A DNA stretch of 58,932 nt from Porticoccus sp. GTDB taxonomy: Bacteria; Pseudomonadota; Gammaproteobacteria; Pseudomonadales; Porticoccaceae. Positions within the stretch are counted from its first letter, which is position 1, and every line of letters starts with the position of its first letter. Location of the stretch: the NCBI GenBank assembly GCA_041592135.1, contig JBFHQR010000001.1; one strand, 5' to 3'. The translations under genes were made by a program, and so were the position numbers. Shown in pieces: positions 10,122-20,296 of this stretch. The notes under the pieces are model-generated. The model had not been told where the DNA came from. It saw only the letters and a list, made by a program, of their open reading frames with translations, and did no database searches.

Positions 10122-10622
10122 TTGGAATCCATCGAACAGGTACTGATTGCCCTGCGCCGGGTGATCAGGGCGACCGATTTGTATTCAAAGCATCTGGCAA
10201 AGACCAGTGGCTTGACGGCGCCGCAGATTCTGCTGTTGCAGGCCATTCGCGACCGCGGCCAGGTGACCATCGGCGAGCTGGCGGGGGATATCAGTCTCAG
10301 TCAGGCGACGGTGACCACCATTATCGATCGGCTGGAAAAGCGGGGACTGGTTTACCGGGAGCGCTCCACCGCCGATAAGCGCAAGGTGCACGCGCATTTG
10401 ACCGAGCGGGCCGTGGAGGTGTTGCGGCATGCGCCGAAGCCGCTGCAGGAGCACTTTGCCCGGCAGTTTGAAGCCTTGCAGGAGTGGGAGCAGAGCATGA
10501 TTTTATCCTCTCTGCAGCGGGTTGCCGGGATGATGGATGCGCAGCACATTGACGCGTCGCCGATTCTCGATATCGGCATGCTGGATCGCTCCTCCAACCC
10601 GGTTGAAAAACCTGAGGGATAG
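10122..10622 (+). CDS. ectR: MarR-family transcriptional regulator of the ectoine operon (EctR-like)
   Basis: LIALRRVIRATDLYSKHL..SGLTAPQ, LSQATVTTIIDRLEKRGLV and DKRKV; divergent from ectA. Probable TTG start with GGGGGA RBS. Confidence 0.85.
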   Translation: MESIEQVLIALRRVIRATDLYSKHLAKTSGLTAPQILLLQAIRDRGQVTIGELAGDISLSQATVTTIIDRLEKRGLVYRERSTADKRKVHAHLTERAVEVLRHAPKPLQEHFARQFEALQEWEQSMILSSLQRVAGMMDAQHIDASPILDIGMLDRSSNPVEKPEG

Positions 10623-10670
10623 GGGCGGGGAGAGGTGCGGTGGGCACGTTAATGTCCACCGCGGTTTGAA

Positions 10671-11774
10671 TCAGTCAATCAGGCCGTACTGGTCGCGCAG
10701 GACCTCAATGATTTCAGCTTTGGGGTTGTCCGGCAGATGCAGTTTGGCACCGGTGATGCGCTCGGCGATGCTCACGTAGGTGTTGGACACTGCCATCAGT
10801 ACGGAGGGGGGCAGGTCGTTGTATTGGGCCAGCGCCTTGCGCTCTTCCATGCGATCCTTGTTGAGCAAGATGTCCGGGTCGGGGAAATGGTTGAGCAGCA
10901 GTTGCCGGAAACCCTCTTTCGAGTTCTCCACCACCTGGCCTTCCCGGTAACTGGGGCCGTCCCAGATGCGGGATGAGTCGGGGGTGCCCACCTCGTCCAT
11001 GTAAATCAGTTTGCGCTGGCCGCTGCTGTCGGTGACGTAGCCAAACTCGAATTTGGTGTCCACGAAGATCTGGTCGATGGCCGCCAGGGCCTCACTGATC
11101 ACCTCAAAGCCTTCCCTGAGCAGGGTTTCATAGCGATCGATATCGCCGAGGCTGCGGAAGTTGAAGGCCTGGTAGTTGTTCTCGATATCCGCCCGGGAGA
11201 TATTCACATCGTCCGCTGCGGGGATGCCCGGCAGATCGGTCATGATGCCCTTGGTGGAGGGGGTGATCAGCAGTTCCGGCAGCTTCTGGTCTTTCTGCAA
11301 GCCGTCTGGAAGCTGGATGCCGCAGAATTCCCGCTCGCCCTTCAGGTAGGCGCGCCACATGGAGCCGGTGATGTACTGGCGGCAGATGGCCTCGATCATC
11401 ACCGGTTCCGCCTTTTGCACAATCCACACCAGCGGGTGGGGGATGTCCAGAATATGGCTGTCCGCCAGGCCCTTTTCCCGGAACAGGTGGAACCAGTGGT
11501 TTGAGATGGCGTTCAGCGCCGCGCCCTTGCCGGGCACACCATCCATGCCACCTTCGCCGTGCCAGATGCAGTCAAAGGCGGAAATGCGGTCGCTGATCAC
11601 CATGATGGCTAGCGGGGCATCGGCAGCCACGTCGTAGCCGCGCTCCTCGATCAACCGGCGGCTGTCGGCTTCGGTGAGCCAGTAGACGGAACGCACCTTG
11701 CCGCTGTGAACCGGGGCATGGGTACGAATGGGCAGGTCGTTGTTGACGGCCAGCACTTTGTCAGCAAGATTCAT
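10671..11774 (-). CDS. purC: SAICAR synthetase, long Vibrio-type
   Basis: [43 protein letters not shown] and [13 protein letters not shown]. Confidence 0.92.
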   Translation of the reverse strand: MNLADKVLAVNNDLPIRTHAPVHSGKVRSVYWLTEADSRRLIEERGYDVAADAPLAIMVISDRISAFDCIWHGEGGMDGVPGKGAALNAISNHWFHLFREKGLADSHILDIPHPLVWIVQKAEPVMIEAICRQYITGSMWRAYLKGEREFCGIQLPDGLQKDQKLPELLITPSTKGIMTDLPGIPAADDVNISRADIENNYQAFNFRSLGDIDRYETLLREGFEVISEALAAIDQIFVDTKFEFGYVTDSSGQRKLIYMDEVGTPDSSRIWDGPSYREGQVVENSKEGFRQLLLNHFPDPDILLNKDRMEERKALAQYNDLPPSVLMAVSNTYVSIAERITGAKLHLPDNPKAEIIEVLRDQYGLID

Positions 11775-11951
11775 GGCGTTGTGTCCTGTCTTCGGCAGGG
11801 TGGTGCGGTCTCTGAACGGATGATCCGATGGCCCTGCGCGCCTGTATTCAGCCCGGTACGATGGTTTATACGGGGTTGCCAAAGGGCGGGAATTCTACCA
11901 GATCAATGGCGCCGCACCAGATGCGCCGCCGTAATTGTGGTGAAATTGTGG

Positions 11952-12347
11952 TCAGTCCGGACGCAGGGCGTATTTGCCGCTGCCCAGCAGCGCGATGGCA
12001 ACGGCCCCGAGCAGGTACATGCCCTGCAGTTCCAGCGCCCAGCCGCCGTTGTCGGTCAGCGTGAACAGCTGTGGAATGTGCACCAGCAACATGGCGAACA
12101 GCATATTGATAACGATGATGATGGCCCCCAGCCGGTTGAAGTAGCCGAAGATGATCATCAGGGGGGCGAGCACCTCTCCGATATAAACCAGATAAGCCAA
12201 TTCTCCGGGCAGCCCGAGGTGACCCAGTTTGTCGGCAATAAAGTCCAGTATTCCGGGGTTGAGAATTTTGGCAACGCCGTGCAGCAAAACCAGTATACCG
12301 AGACCCAGGCGCAGAATCAGGGTTGCCAGTGATTGGTAATAGCTCAT
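11952..12347 (-). CDS. DoxX family membrane protein
   Basis: LILRLGLG.LVLLHGVAK, GGWALELQ and LLGSGKYAL; about four hydrophobic segments. Confidence 0.85.
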   Translation of the reverse strand: MSYYQSLATLILRLGLGILVLLHGVAKILNPGILDFIADKLGHLGLPGELAYLVYIGEVLAPLMIIFGYFNRLGAIIIVINMLFAMLLVHIPQLFTLTDNGGWALELQGMYLLGAVAIALLGSGKYALRPD

Positions 12348-12518
12348 GATCCTTTATCTCCCACAGGGCGCAAAAAAAAGTCGCAGAAGGATAGTAGCAG
12401 TGGTCATGGTGCTTTGACATCCATGGCCGTCAGTTTCTTGGTCCGTCTCAACCTTCAAGGTATGATGGCGCCCGTATTTCGAATCGATGCCCGGTGGGGC
12501 AACTAGTGGAGACTGGCA

Positions 12519-13706
12519 ATGATTATCAAACCGAGAGTCCGCGGCTTTATGTGTATCACCACCCATCCGGTGGGCTGTGAAGCCAATGTGCAACAGCAGA
12601 TTGACTACGTCAAAAGCCAGGGTGCCATCGACGGCCCCAAGCGGGTGCTGGTGATCGGGGCCTCCACCGGCTATGGCTTGGCGGCCAGAATCACCGCCGC
12701 TTTTGGTTGCGGTGCCGCTACCCTGGGTATTTTCTTCGAGAAGGAAGGTGTTGAGAAAAAGCCGGGCACTGCCGGCTGGTATAATTCCGCGGCGTTTCAC
12801 AAGTTTGCCGAGGCGGAAGGGCTCTATGCCAAGAGTATCAACGGCGACGCCTTTTCCGATGAAATCAAGCAGAAGACCATCGATACCATCAAGGCCGACC
12901 TGGGACAGGTGGATCTGGTGATCTACAGCCTGGCATCGCCGCGCCGCCAGCACCCGAAAACCGGGGAGCTGTTCAACTCCACCCTGAAGCCGGTCGGCAA
13001 AAACGTCACCTTGCGCGGCATTAATACCGACAAGCAGGAAATCCAGGAATTCTCCCTGGAGGCCGCCACCAACGAGGAAATCGCCAACACCGTGGCCGTC
13101 ATGGGTGGTGAGGACTGGCAGATGTGGATGGATGCCCTCAATGAGGCCGGCGTGCTGGCGGCAGGCGCCAAGACCGCGGCCTTCACCTATGTGGGCGAAA
13201 AAGTCACCTGGGATCTGTACTGGGACGGCACCATCGGCCAGGCGAAGAAAGACCTGGACAAAAAAGTGATCGGCATCCGCGAGAAACTGGCCGCTATCGG
13301 CGGCGATGCCCGGGTGGCCGTATTGAAAGCGGTGGTCACCCAGGCCAGCTCGGCCATTCCGATCATGCCCCTGTACCTGTCTCTGCTGTTCAAGGCGATG
13401 AAGGAGGATGGCAGTCACGAAGGCTGCATCGAGCAGCTGTACCGCCTCTACACGGAGTGCCTGTACAGCGACAGCCCGCGCATGGACAGCGAAGGGCGCA
13501 TCCGCGTCGACGAACTGGAACTGCGTCCGGAAATTCAGCAGCGGGTGGCCGATGACTGGTCGCGCATCACCTCCGAGAACATTCCCGAGCTGACTGATTT
13601 CAAGGGCTACCAGCACGAGTTCCTGAAACTGTTCGGTTTTGAGATCGACGGCGTTGATTACGAGGCCGAGGTGGACCCGGTTGTGCCCATCAAAAACCTG
13701 GTGTAA
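12519..13706 (+). CDS. fabV: Enoyl-ACP / trans-2-enoyl-CoA reductase FabV
   Basis: [37 protein letters not shown] (YX8K) and FLKLFGF. Confidence 0.95.
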   Translation: MIIKPRVRGFMCITTHPVGCEANVQQQIDYVKSQGAIDGPKRVLVIGASTGYGLAARITAAFGCGAATLGIFFEKEGVEKKPGTAGWYNSAAFHKFAEAEGLYAKSINGDAFSDEIKQKTIDTIKADLGQVDLVIYSLASPRRQHPKTGELFNSTLKPVGKNVTLRGINTDKQEIQEFSLEAATNEEIANTVAVMGGEDWQMWMDALNEAGVLAAGAKTAAFTYVGEKVTWDLYWDGTIGQAKKDLDKKVIGIREKLAAIGGDARVAVLKAVVTQASSAIPIMPLYLSLLFKAMKEDGSHEGCIEQLYRLYTECLYSDSPRMDSEGRIRVDELELRPEIQQRVADDWSRITSENIPELTDFKGYQHEFLKLFGFEIDGVDYEAEVDPVVPIKNLV

Positions 13707-14587
13707 TGCCCGGTGAGGTACGGATTGCATGCCGGCGCGGGACCGTCGGCTTGAAACAACTGTCCCCGCTGGTGGGGCGCCTCACCGCGCCCAACGGCAA
13801 TCTGATGACCGGTCCCGGCACCAACAGTTACCTGGTGGGACGGGAGCGGTTGGCGCTGATCGATCCGGGTCCGCTCATTGACGACCACATTGAGCAACTC
13901 CTGGTCGCCTGTGGCGAGCGGTTGCACTGGATTCTGGTCACCCACACCCACCCGGATCACTCCCCCGCGGCGAGCATCCTTGCCGAGCGCACCGGTGCCC
14001 GGTTGCTTGGCTGTGTGATGGAAGACGATGGTCACCAGGACCGCAGCTTTCAGGTCAAGGAAAACCTCAGCCATGGCCAATTGTTGGCAACGCCGGAATT
14101 TACCCTGGAGGCCATCCACACCCCCGGCCATGTGGCCAATCAGTTCTGTTTCCTGTTGCGGGAGGAGGGGATGCTGTTTTCGGGGGATCACATCATGCAG
14201 GGATCGTCCGTGGTGATTATCCCGCCCAGTGGGGATATGGCCGACTACATCCACGCCACAGAAACCTTGATGGATTACCCGATTCAGGTTATCGCTCCGG
14301 GGCACGGTGAGTTGCTCGACAGGCCCCGGCAGGTGTTGCAGCAGATTGTCGCCCATCGCCTGGAGCGGGAGCAGCGGGTGCTCGGGGCGCTGATCAGGCT
14401 GGGAGAATCCGGTCTTGACCGATTGTTGCCCGAGGTCTACAGCGAGATTATCCCCGAGCTTTTGCCCATGGCCAGGCTGTCGCTCTGGGCGCACCTGCTG
14501 AAGCTGGAAAAAGAGGGCCGGGCCTGCAAACGCATCGCCAGCCATTGGGCTCTCGGGGAGGAACACTGGGTGTTGTCCGGCAGATAA
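13706..14587 (+). CDS. Metallo-beta-lactamase-fold hydrolase, LACTB2-like with C-terminal winged helix
   Basis: APNGNLMTGPGTNSYLVG, THTHPDH, TPGH, FSGDH, PGHG and AHLLKL. Confidence 0.85.
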   Translation: MPGEVRIACRRGTVGLKQLSPLVGRLTAPNGNLMTGPGTNSYLVGRERLALIDPGPLIDDHIEQLLVACGERLHWILVTHTHPDHSPAASILAERTGARLLGCVMEDDGHQDRSFQVKENLSHGQLLATPEFTLEAIHTPGHVANQFCFLLREEGMLFSGDHIMQGSSVVIIPPSGDMADYIHATETLMDYPIQVIAPGHGELLDRPRQVLQQIVAHRLEREQRVLGALIRLGESGLDRLLPEVYSEIIPELLPMARLSLWAHLLKLEKEGRACKRIASHWALGEEHWVLSGR

Positions 14588-14656
14588 AAGTAGTTCCGAC
14601 ATTGCTAATTCCCGCGGCGGCTTCTATATAGAAGCTAAGGAGAGCAACTAAACACC

Positions 14657-14890
14657 ATGGATACCGACATTCACACACTATCTGACCTGTTCGACCAGCT
14701 GGGCCTGCCGTCCGGCCAGCTCGCCATTGAGCAATTCGTGGCGAATCACCGTCCGTTGCCCGATCAGGTCCTGCTGCCGGAGGCGGCTTTCTGGAGCAGT
14801 GCCCAGCGCGCCTTTCTGATCGAGGCCATCGTCGACGATTCCGATTGGGCGGAACAGGTCGACCAGCTCGACGCTCTGCTCAGAGCGTAG
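14657..14890 (+). CDS. DUF2789 family small protein
   Basis: LFDQLGLPS, FWSSAQRAFL and DSDWAEQVDQLD; AGGAG RBS. Confidence 0.8.
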   Translation: MDTDIHTLSDLFDQLGLPSGQLAIEQFVANHRPLPDQVLLPEAAFWSSAQRAFLIEAIVDDSDWAEQVDQLDALLRA

Positions 14891-14973
14891 CTGCCCCCGC
14901 CAAGCACACCTGTATGGTTCACCGCTCGTCGGCTTTGCCCGTATAATGCCTTCCCCCGCTGTTCGGACCTGTC

Positions 14974-15903
14974 ATGTACGACAATCAACAATTTCAGAGG
15001 CAATTTTTGCAGCCCCGCTACTGGTTGACCTGGCTGGGACTGGCCTGCTGGTGGTTGCTGGTGCAATTGCCCTACCCGATGATCACCTGGCTTGGGGGCA
15101 GATTGGGGACCCTGATGTACCTGCTGGGGGGCTATCGTCGCAAGGTGGCGGAGATCAATCTCAAACTCTGCTTCCCCGAGATGAACCCGCAACAGCGGGA
15201 AAAGCTGTTGCGCGACAACTTCCGCAACTATGGCATCGCCTTTTTTGAAATTGGCATGGCCTGGTGGTGGCCGACAAAACGCCTGAACCGACTGGTACAG
15301 CTGGAAGGGCTGGAGCATATCGAGGGGTTGCGGGGGCAGGGCGCGCTGCTGATGGCCATTCACTACAGTACCCTGGAAATCGGCGCAGCGGCACTGTCGG
15401 CACGCTGCTCCATCGACGGTATGTACCGGGCGCATAAAAACCCGGTTTACGACTATGTGCAGAGTCGGGGGCGGCGCAGCCGTGACCCGGCGGGCGTGGT
15501 TTACCCCAGGGAGGATGTGCGCGGGTTGTTCAAGGCGCTGCGCCAGGGGCGTGTCATCTGGTATGCGCCGGATCAGGACTACGGGCGCAAGCAGAGTGTG
15601 TTTGCCACGTTTTTTGGCGTGCCCGCCGCGTCGGTCACGGCCACGGCGCGTTTTGCCAAAACCGGTCATGCTGCGGTATTGCCGTTTTCCCAGGTCAGAT
15701 TGCCCGGTAATCGCGGCTACCGGGTGACGATTCACCCGCCCCTGGAAAATTTCCCCGTGGGTGACGATGTCGCCGATGCCGAGACCATCAATCGCAAAAT
15801 CGAGGAGTTGATTCTTCGGCAGCCGGATCAGTACATGTGGATTCACCGCCGTTTCAAGACCCGGCCCGCCGGCGAACCACGACCCTATCCGAAGAGCAAA
15901 TAA
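14974..15903 (+). CDS. lpxL: Lipid A late (lauroyl) acyltransferase, LpxL/HtrB family
   Basis: HYSTLE (HX4E), WYAPDQDYG and PDQYMWIHRRFKTRP. Confidence 0.88.
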   Translation: MYDNQQFQRQFLQPRYWLTWLGLACWWLLVQLPYPMITWLGGRLGTLMYLLGGYRRKVAEINLKLCFPEMNPQQREKLLRDNFRNYGIAFFEIGMAWWWPTKRLNRLVQLEGLEHIEGLRGQGALLMAIHYSTLEIGAAALSARCSIDGMYRAHKNPVYDYVQSRGRRSRDPAGVVYPREDVRGLFKALRQGRVIWYAPDQDYGRKQSVFATFFGVPAASVTATARFAKTGHAAVLPFSQVRLPGNRGYRVTIHPPLENFPVGDDVADAETINRKIEELILRQPDQYMWIHRRFKTRPAGEPRPYPKSK

Positions 15904-16020
15904 ACCGCAGCAGATGGCGCTTGGGGGGAGAATTTAATTCTTCTGCAAGTGCTTGTGCCCCCTCCAGCGGGTCAGTACCATTACGCCTTTGATTTTTCCA
16001 CAGACTTTTTGAGGCCCTCG

Positions 16021-16926
16021 ATGATCACCGGAAGTATTGTTGCCCTGGTCACTCCCATGATTCGCAATAACCTGGAAGTGGACTGGGACGGACTGAAACG
16101 TCTGGTGGAATGGCATATTGAACAGGGCACTGATGCCATTGTTGCCGTGGGCACCACCGGTGAGTCGCCGACCCTGGATGTGCAGGAGCACATGGCCACC
16201 ATTGCCGCCATTGTTGAGGATGTGGATGGTCGCGTACCCGTGATTGCCGGGACGGGTGCAAATTGTACCCGAGAAGCCATCGAGTGTACCCGGCGCGCCC
16301 TCCAGGCCGGAGCCGATGCCTGCCTGTTGGTGACACCCTATTACAACAAGCCAACCCAGCAGGGGCTGTACCTGCACCACAAGGCCATCGCGGAGGCGGT
16401 GGACATCCCGCAGATTCTCTACAATGTGCCGGGCCGTACCGCCTGTGATATGCTCCCCGACACCGTGGCCAGGCTGGCCGAAATTCCCAATATTGTGGGC
16501 ATCAAGGATGCTACCGGCGATCTCGCCAGGGGCCGCCAGTTGATTGATATTTGCCCCCCGGGTTTTGCCATTTATTCCGGCGATGACCTGACGGCGGCGG
16601 AACTCATTTTGATGGGCGGTCACGGCGATATCTCCGTCACGGCGAACGTCGCCCCCAAATTGATGTCAGAAATGTGTCGCCTGGCCCTGGCGGGTCAGGC
16701 AGAGGAGGCGCGGGCCATTAACCAGTTGTTACAGCCCGTCCACCAGGCCCTGTTTGTCGAATCCAACCCTATCCCGGTGAAGTGGGCCGTTGCCGAGATG
16801 GGATTGATGCAGCATGGCATTCGTTTACCGCTCACGGAATTGTCTGCGGAACACCACCACATAGTGTTGGCAGCCCTGCGGCAGGCAGGTTTGCTCAACA
16901 GCAATGAAATGAAAGCGGAGTCCTAA
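16021..16926 (+). CDS. dapA: 4-hydroxy-tetrahydrodipicolinate synthase
   Basis: [38 protein letters not shown] and ESNPIPVK. Confidence 0.96.
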   Translation: MITGSIVALVTPMIRNNLEVDWDGLKRLVEWHIEQGTDAIVAVGTTGESPTLDVQEHMATIAAIVEDVDGRVPVIAGTGANCTREAIECTRRALQAGADACLLVTPYYNKPTQQGLYLHHKAIAEAVDIPQILYNVPGRTACDMLPDTVARLAEIPNIVGIKDATGDLARGRQLIDICPPGFAIYSGDDLTAAELILMGGHGDISVTANVAPKLMSEMCRLALAGQAEEARAINQLLQPVHQALFVESNPIPVKWAVAEMGLMQHGIRLPLTELSAEHHHIVLAALRQAGLLNSNEMKAES

Positions 16927-17969
16927 TGAAGCCTAGCCTGAAACAGTTTTCTATCGCGGTATTAACTCTGGCCGTGGCAGGCTGTGGTAACAACGGGGTG
17001 AGGGATCGCAGCAACGATTATCTGCGGGCGGGAGAGATTCCGCCCCTGGTCGTCCCCGAAGAAAAAAGCAGTGCGGCGATCGGCCAGCTTTATGACATTC
17101 CCGTCATTCCCGACACCGCCGCTGAAGCCACACGCTTCTCGTTGCCCAGACCCCAACCGCTGTCGGAAAACCTCTTTGAGCAAACCGTTAAAATCGACAG
17201 TTTTGGCGATAAGCGCTGGATAGCCATCAACAAACCGCCCGCCGAGGTCTGGCCGAGAATTCGCAATATCCTCTCTCGCAGCCGGGTGCCGACTACCCGG
17301 GTTGATGCCATTGCCGGTGAAATTGAAACCTCGTGGCTACAGTTCAAGGATGATACGGCCAACAGCCACCGATTCCGCTTCACCATCACCCCTGGCGTCG
17401 GGGTCAACAGCACGGAAGTCGGCATCCTGGAAATGGCCGCCCCCCTGGGGAAGGAGACGGAGGTTGCCGGCTGGCCGGAGACGTCGATGAATGACGCCAG
17501 GGAAATGGAATTTGTCCAGATTACCTCCGATGCCCTGGCCAGCGATATCACCAGTGGCAGTGTTTCCCTGCTGGCCCAGACAATCGGTGGTGACGAGCGC
17601 GTTCAGGTCGTTTCCGACAACGGTGTCGAGCCCTATATACGCGTTAACCTGGGCTACGACAGGGTTTGGACCTCGATGATCAACTCCTTGTCGCGCGGCG
17701 GCTTTAGCGTCATCGACCAGAACCGCACCGCCGGTAAGGTAATGGTTGAGTTCAAGGAGCTCGTCCCCGATGAAGAGGAGCGAACCCTGATGGAAATACT
17801 GCTCAACTTCGGACACAAGGTGGAAGAAGTCCCGCCGGTTCAATATCAGGTTAACCTTTCCCAACAGGAGCAGGTGGTTGAAGTGCGTATTCTGGATGAT
17901 GAGCAAAAAAACCTCGATCGCGCTGTTGCCATGAAACTGCTTAAAGTGATTCGCAGCAACCTCAGCTAG
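16926..17969 (+). CDS. bamC: Outer membrane protein assembly lipoprotein BamC (NlpB)
   Basis: Lipobox LAVAGC and RDRSNDYL; coupled to dapA as in other gammaproteobacteria. Confidence 0.8.
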   Translation: MKPSLKQFSIAVLTLAVAGCGNNGVRDRSNDYLRAGEIPPLVVPEEKSSAAIGQLYDIPVIPDTAAEATRFSLPRPQPLSENLFEQTVKIDSFGDKRWIAINKPPAEVWPRIRNILSRSRVPTTRVDAIAGEIETSWLQFKDDTANSHRFRFTITPGVGVNSTEVGILEMAAPLGKETEVAGWPETSMNDAREMEFVQITSDALASDITSGSVSLLAQTIGGDERVQVVSDNGVEPYIRVNLGYDRVWTSMINSLSRGGFSVIDQNRTAGKVMVEFKELVPDEEERTLMEILLNFGHKVEEVPPVQYQVNLSQQEQVVEVRILDDEQKNLDRAVAMKLLKVIRSNLS

Positions 17970-17971
17970 CG

Positions 17972-18754
17972 ATGCGCTTTGCCTCCCTGGGCAGCGGCAG
18001 CAAGGGCAACGCCACCGTTGTCGATTGCGGCACTGCCCGCTTCCTGGTCGATTGCGGCTTTTCTGTTCGCGAGACGGAGCGGCGGCTGGCGCGACTCGGG
18101 CTGGCCGGTCAGGATATCAACGCCATTCTGGTCACCCACGAGCATTCGGACCATGTGCGCGGGGTGCTGCCCCTGGCCAAAAAGTACCGTCTGCCGGTTG
18201 TGATGACCGCCGGTACCAGCAAGGCTGTACAAGCTGACGGACAACCCCATCTGAGGCTGATTGAGAGCCATTCTCCCTTCGTTCAGGATGGTATTGAGAT
18301 TACCCCCGTCTCTGTTCCCCACGACGCTCGTGAGCCGGTTCAGTACGTTTTCAGGAGCGGTGCCCTGACCCTCGGCGTGCTCACCGATCTCGGCAGCGTC
18401 ACCCCCCATGTGATCGAGCACTTCTCACGCTGTGACGGCCTGTTACTGGAGTGCAATCACGATCTGAACATGCTGCAAAACGGCAGCTATCCACCGGCAT
18501 TGAAGCGGCGTATTGCCAGCAGCTGGGGGCATCTCAACAATCAGCAATCCCGGTCGTTACTGGACAGTATCGAGCTGCAGCAGATGCAGCACCTGGTATT
18601 GGGGCACATCAGTCAGCAAAACAACGATGTCGATATTGTCCGACAGGTGATGGGTGACATTGAGCAATCTGTTAGCTCGGTCCACTATGCCTGTCAGCAA
18701 CAGGGGTTTGACTGGTTACAGCTCACACAGTCGCTGTCGACTGATCGAAACTGA
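17972..18754 (+). CDS. MBL-fold metallohydrolase (YycJ/WalJ-like)
   Basis: LGSGSKGN, THEHSDH, VPHDAREP, LECNHD and GHLNN; conserved position after bamC. Confidence 0.88.
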   Translation: MRFASLGSGSKGNATVVDCGTARFLVDCGFSVRETERRLARLGLAGQDINAILVTHEHSDHVRGVLPLAKKYRLPVVMTAGTSKAVQADGQPHLRLIESHSPFVQDGIEITPVSVPHDAREPVQYVFRSGALTLGVLTDLGSVTPHVIEHFSRCDGLLLECNHDLNMLQNGSYPPALKRRIASSWGHLNNQQSRSLLDSIELQQMQHLVLGHISQQNNDVDIVRQVMGDIEQSVSSVHYACQQQGFDWLQLTQSLSTDRN

Positions 18755-18803
18755 CACAGTTTGTAGAGCATTTGTGCAGTAATCAGGGGTTTTTGGTAGG
18801 CCG

Positions 18804-19015
18804 TTGTCCACAATTACCACTATAACTTTACAGAATTCTTTGGAACTCCTCCTAAGTCATTGATATCTGCTTTTGATTTTGTTAACTATATGAAAAATAA
18901 GAATAAATTGAAGTGATCAAAAAATAGACACTTTGTTTATATAGCCCAAATTCTGCGGAGTTAGCTGAGTTTTACGAAAGTAATGCACAAAGTTATCCAC
19001 AGAATTTGTGGGTAA
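18804..19015. promoter_or_regulatory. DnaA-box cluster with IHF- and Fis-like sites (DARS-like element)
   Basis: TAATGCACA (18981-18989), TTATCCACA (18993-19001), opposed TGTGGGTAA (19007-19015) and distal TTGTCCACA (18804-18812). IHF consensus match TATCAATGACTTA on the minus strand (18853-18865); Fis-like GATCAAAAAATAGAC (18915-18929). Confidence 0.7.
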
Positions 19016-19066
19016 CTTTCGGGGGTGGCTGCGAATATTTTGTCAACCTTTTTAGGGTTAGAACGT

Positions 19067-19507
19067 TTACTGAGAGCAGTGAGTGGGTAGACTGACTGCA
19101 CCGCTGGCCTGATCGGTGAGCAGTTTGGCATCGCCACAGTTGAGTGCCTCGTTGCCTCCAAGCAACACCGTGTCGAGGTGAGGCAGGAACAGCAACGGTT
19201 TGATCTCGGTGAGGGCATTATTGCCCAGGTTGACATGGGTCAGGCCGGTGAAGATCTCCAGTCCTGTCAGGTTGGTAATGCCGGCATTGGAGCAATTGAG
19301 CTGGATGAGATCGCGCGCTTTACTGACCTGCTGGTCGAGAATGGCCTGCTTGAGACAGCCGGCGAGCCCCTGGTCGGCAACCTGGTAGTTGCTGAACAAT
19401 CCCGGCGGCGTAAAAACCGGTTGCTCGTTGAGGGTGTAAGTGTAATTCTCGCAACCGGTCAGGGCCAGGGCAGAAACCATGAGGAACAGTGGGGCTAGAT
19501 TTTTCAT
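19067..19507 (-). CDS. Small leucine-rich-repeat lipoprotein
   Basis: Lipobox LTGC; LRR units LNCSNAGITNLTGL, VNLGNNALTEI and VLLGGN. Confidence 0.75.
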   Translation of the reverse strand: MKNLAPLFLMVSALALTGCENYTYTLNEQPVFTPPGLFSNYQVADQGLAGCLKQAILDQQVSKARDLIQLNCSNAGITNLTGLEIFTGLTHVNLGNNALTEIKPLLFLPHLDTVLLGGNEALNCGDAKLLTDQASGAVSLPTHCSQ

Positions 19508-19645
19508 AAAGCTGTGAACCAGTTGTAGTGAGGGGCGTGAAAGCCGCTTGAAAAGGTTTTTTCTTTTCTCACAATTAAGGATAAAGCAATTTTAGGATAT
19601 GGGTGTCAAAGCCCGGGATTTTATGTTCAGGAATGAGGAATAACC

Positions 19646-20296
19646 ATGAAAAAACTTCTGTTAGCCGTGCTGGTTGTGACATTGACGGCCTGTATGTCCA
19701 CCGATCCTTATACCGGCCAGCAAAAAACCAGTAATACTGCCAAGGGCGCGGGTATCGGCGCAGTGGCAGGTGCCGTCATTGGTGCAGCGACGTCCAGTCA
19801 TGACGACCGCAAGAAAGGCGTCCTCACCGGGGCCGTGGCAGGTGCCGCAGTAGGTGGTGGTATTGGTTATTACATGGACCGCCAGGAAGCGGCCCTGCGG
19901 GCCAAGCTGGAAGGTACCGGTGTCAGGGTGGTGCGCGAGGGCGACAACATTCGCCTGGTGATGCCCAGCAACATCACCTTTGGTGTCGACCGCTATGAAG
20001 TGCGGCCGGACTTCTACAGCACCCTGGAATCCGTCGCCATCGTCCTGAAAGAATTCAACAAGACCAATATCCGCATTGCCGGCCATACAGACTCAACGGG
20101 TAGCTCTGAATACAACCAGACCCTGAGTGAGCGCCGGGCTGCCAGTGTCGGTCAATTGCTGATCAGCTATGGCATCCCCAGCGGTCGCGTCTGGACCACA
20201 GGCTATGGTGAGCGCTATGCGATTGCCGATAACGGTACGGAATACGGCCGCCAGGCGAACAGAAGGGTAGAGCTTGAACTGGTTCCCCTCCAGTAA
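19646..20296 (+). CDS. OmpA-family lipoprotein with glycine zipper (YiaD-like)
   Basis: Lipobox LTAC, glycine zipper, YMDRQE, GHTDSTG..YNQTLSERRA and NRRVE. Confidence 0.9.
   Translation: MKKLLLAVLVVTLTACMSTDPYTGQQKTSNTAKGAGIGAVAGAVIGAATSSHDDRKKGVLTGAVAGAAVGGGIGYYMDRQEAALRAKLEGTGVRVVREGDNIRLVMPSNITFGVDRYEVRPDFYSTLESVAIVLKEFNKTNIRIAGHTDSTGSSEYNQTLSERRAASVGQLLISYGIPSGRVWTTGYGERYAIADNGTEYGRQANRRVELELVPLQ

Noticed and set aside
12354-13730. 458-aa antisense ORF over fabV, and similar long shadow ORFs over ask, ectB, lpxL, glnD, bamA and dnaE
   Set aside because: Each overlaps a well-supported gene on the opposite strand almost completely and shows no domain signatures.
18780-19060. Chromosomal origin oriC
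   Set aside because: No dnaA/dnaN/gidA/rpmH neighbours and no clear 13-mer unwinding repeats; the box layout fits DARS better. Not formally excluded without GC-skew data.
18961-19236. 91-aa ORF containing YPQILWIT-like text
   Set aside because: This is translation through the DnaA-box cluster and overlaps the LRR gene in another frame.
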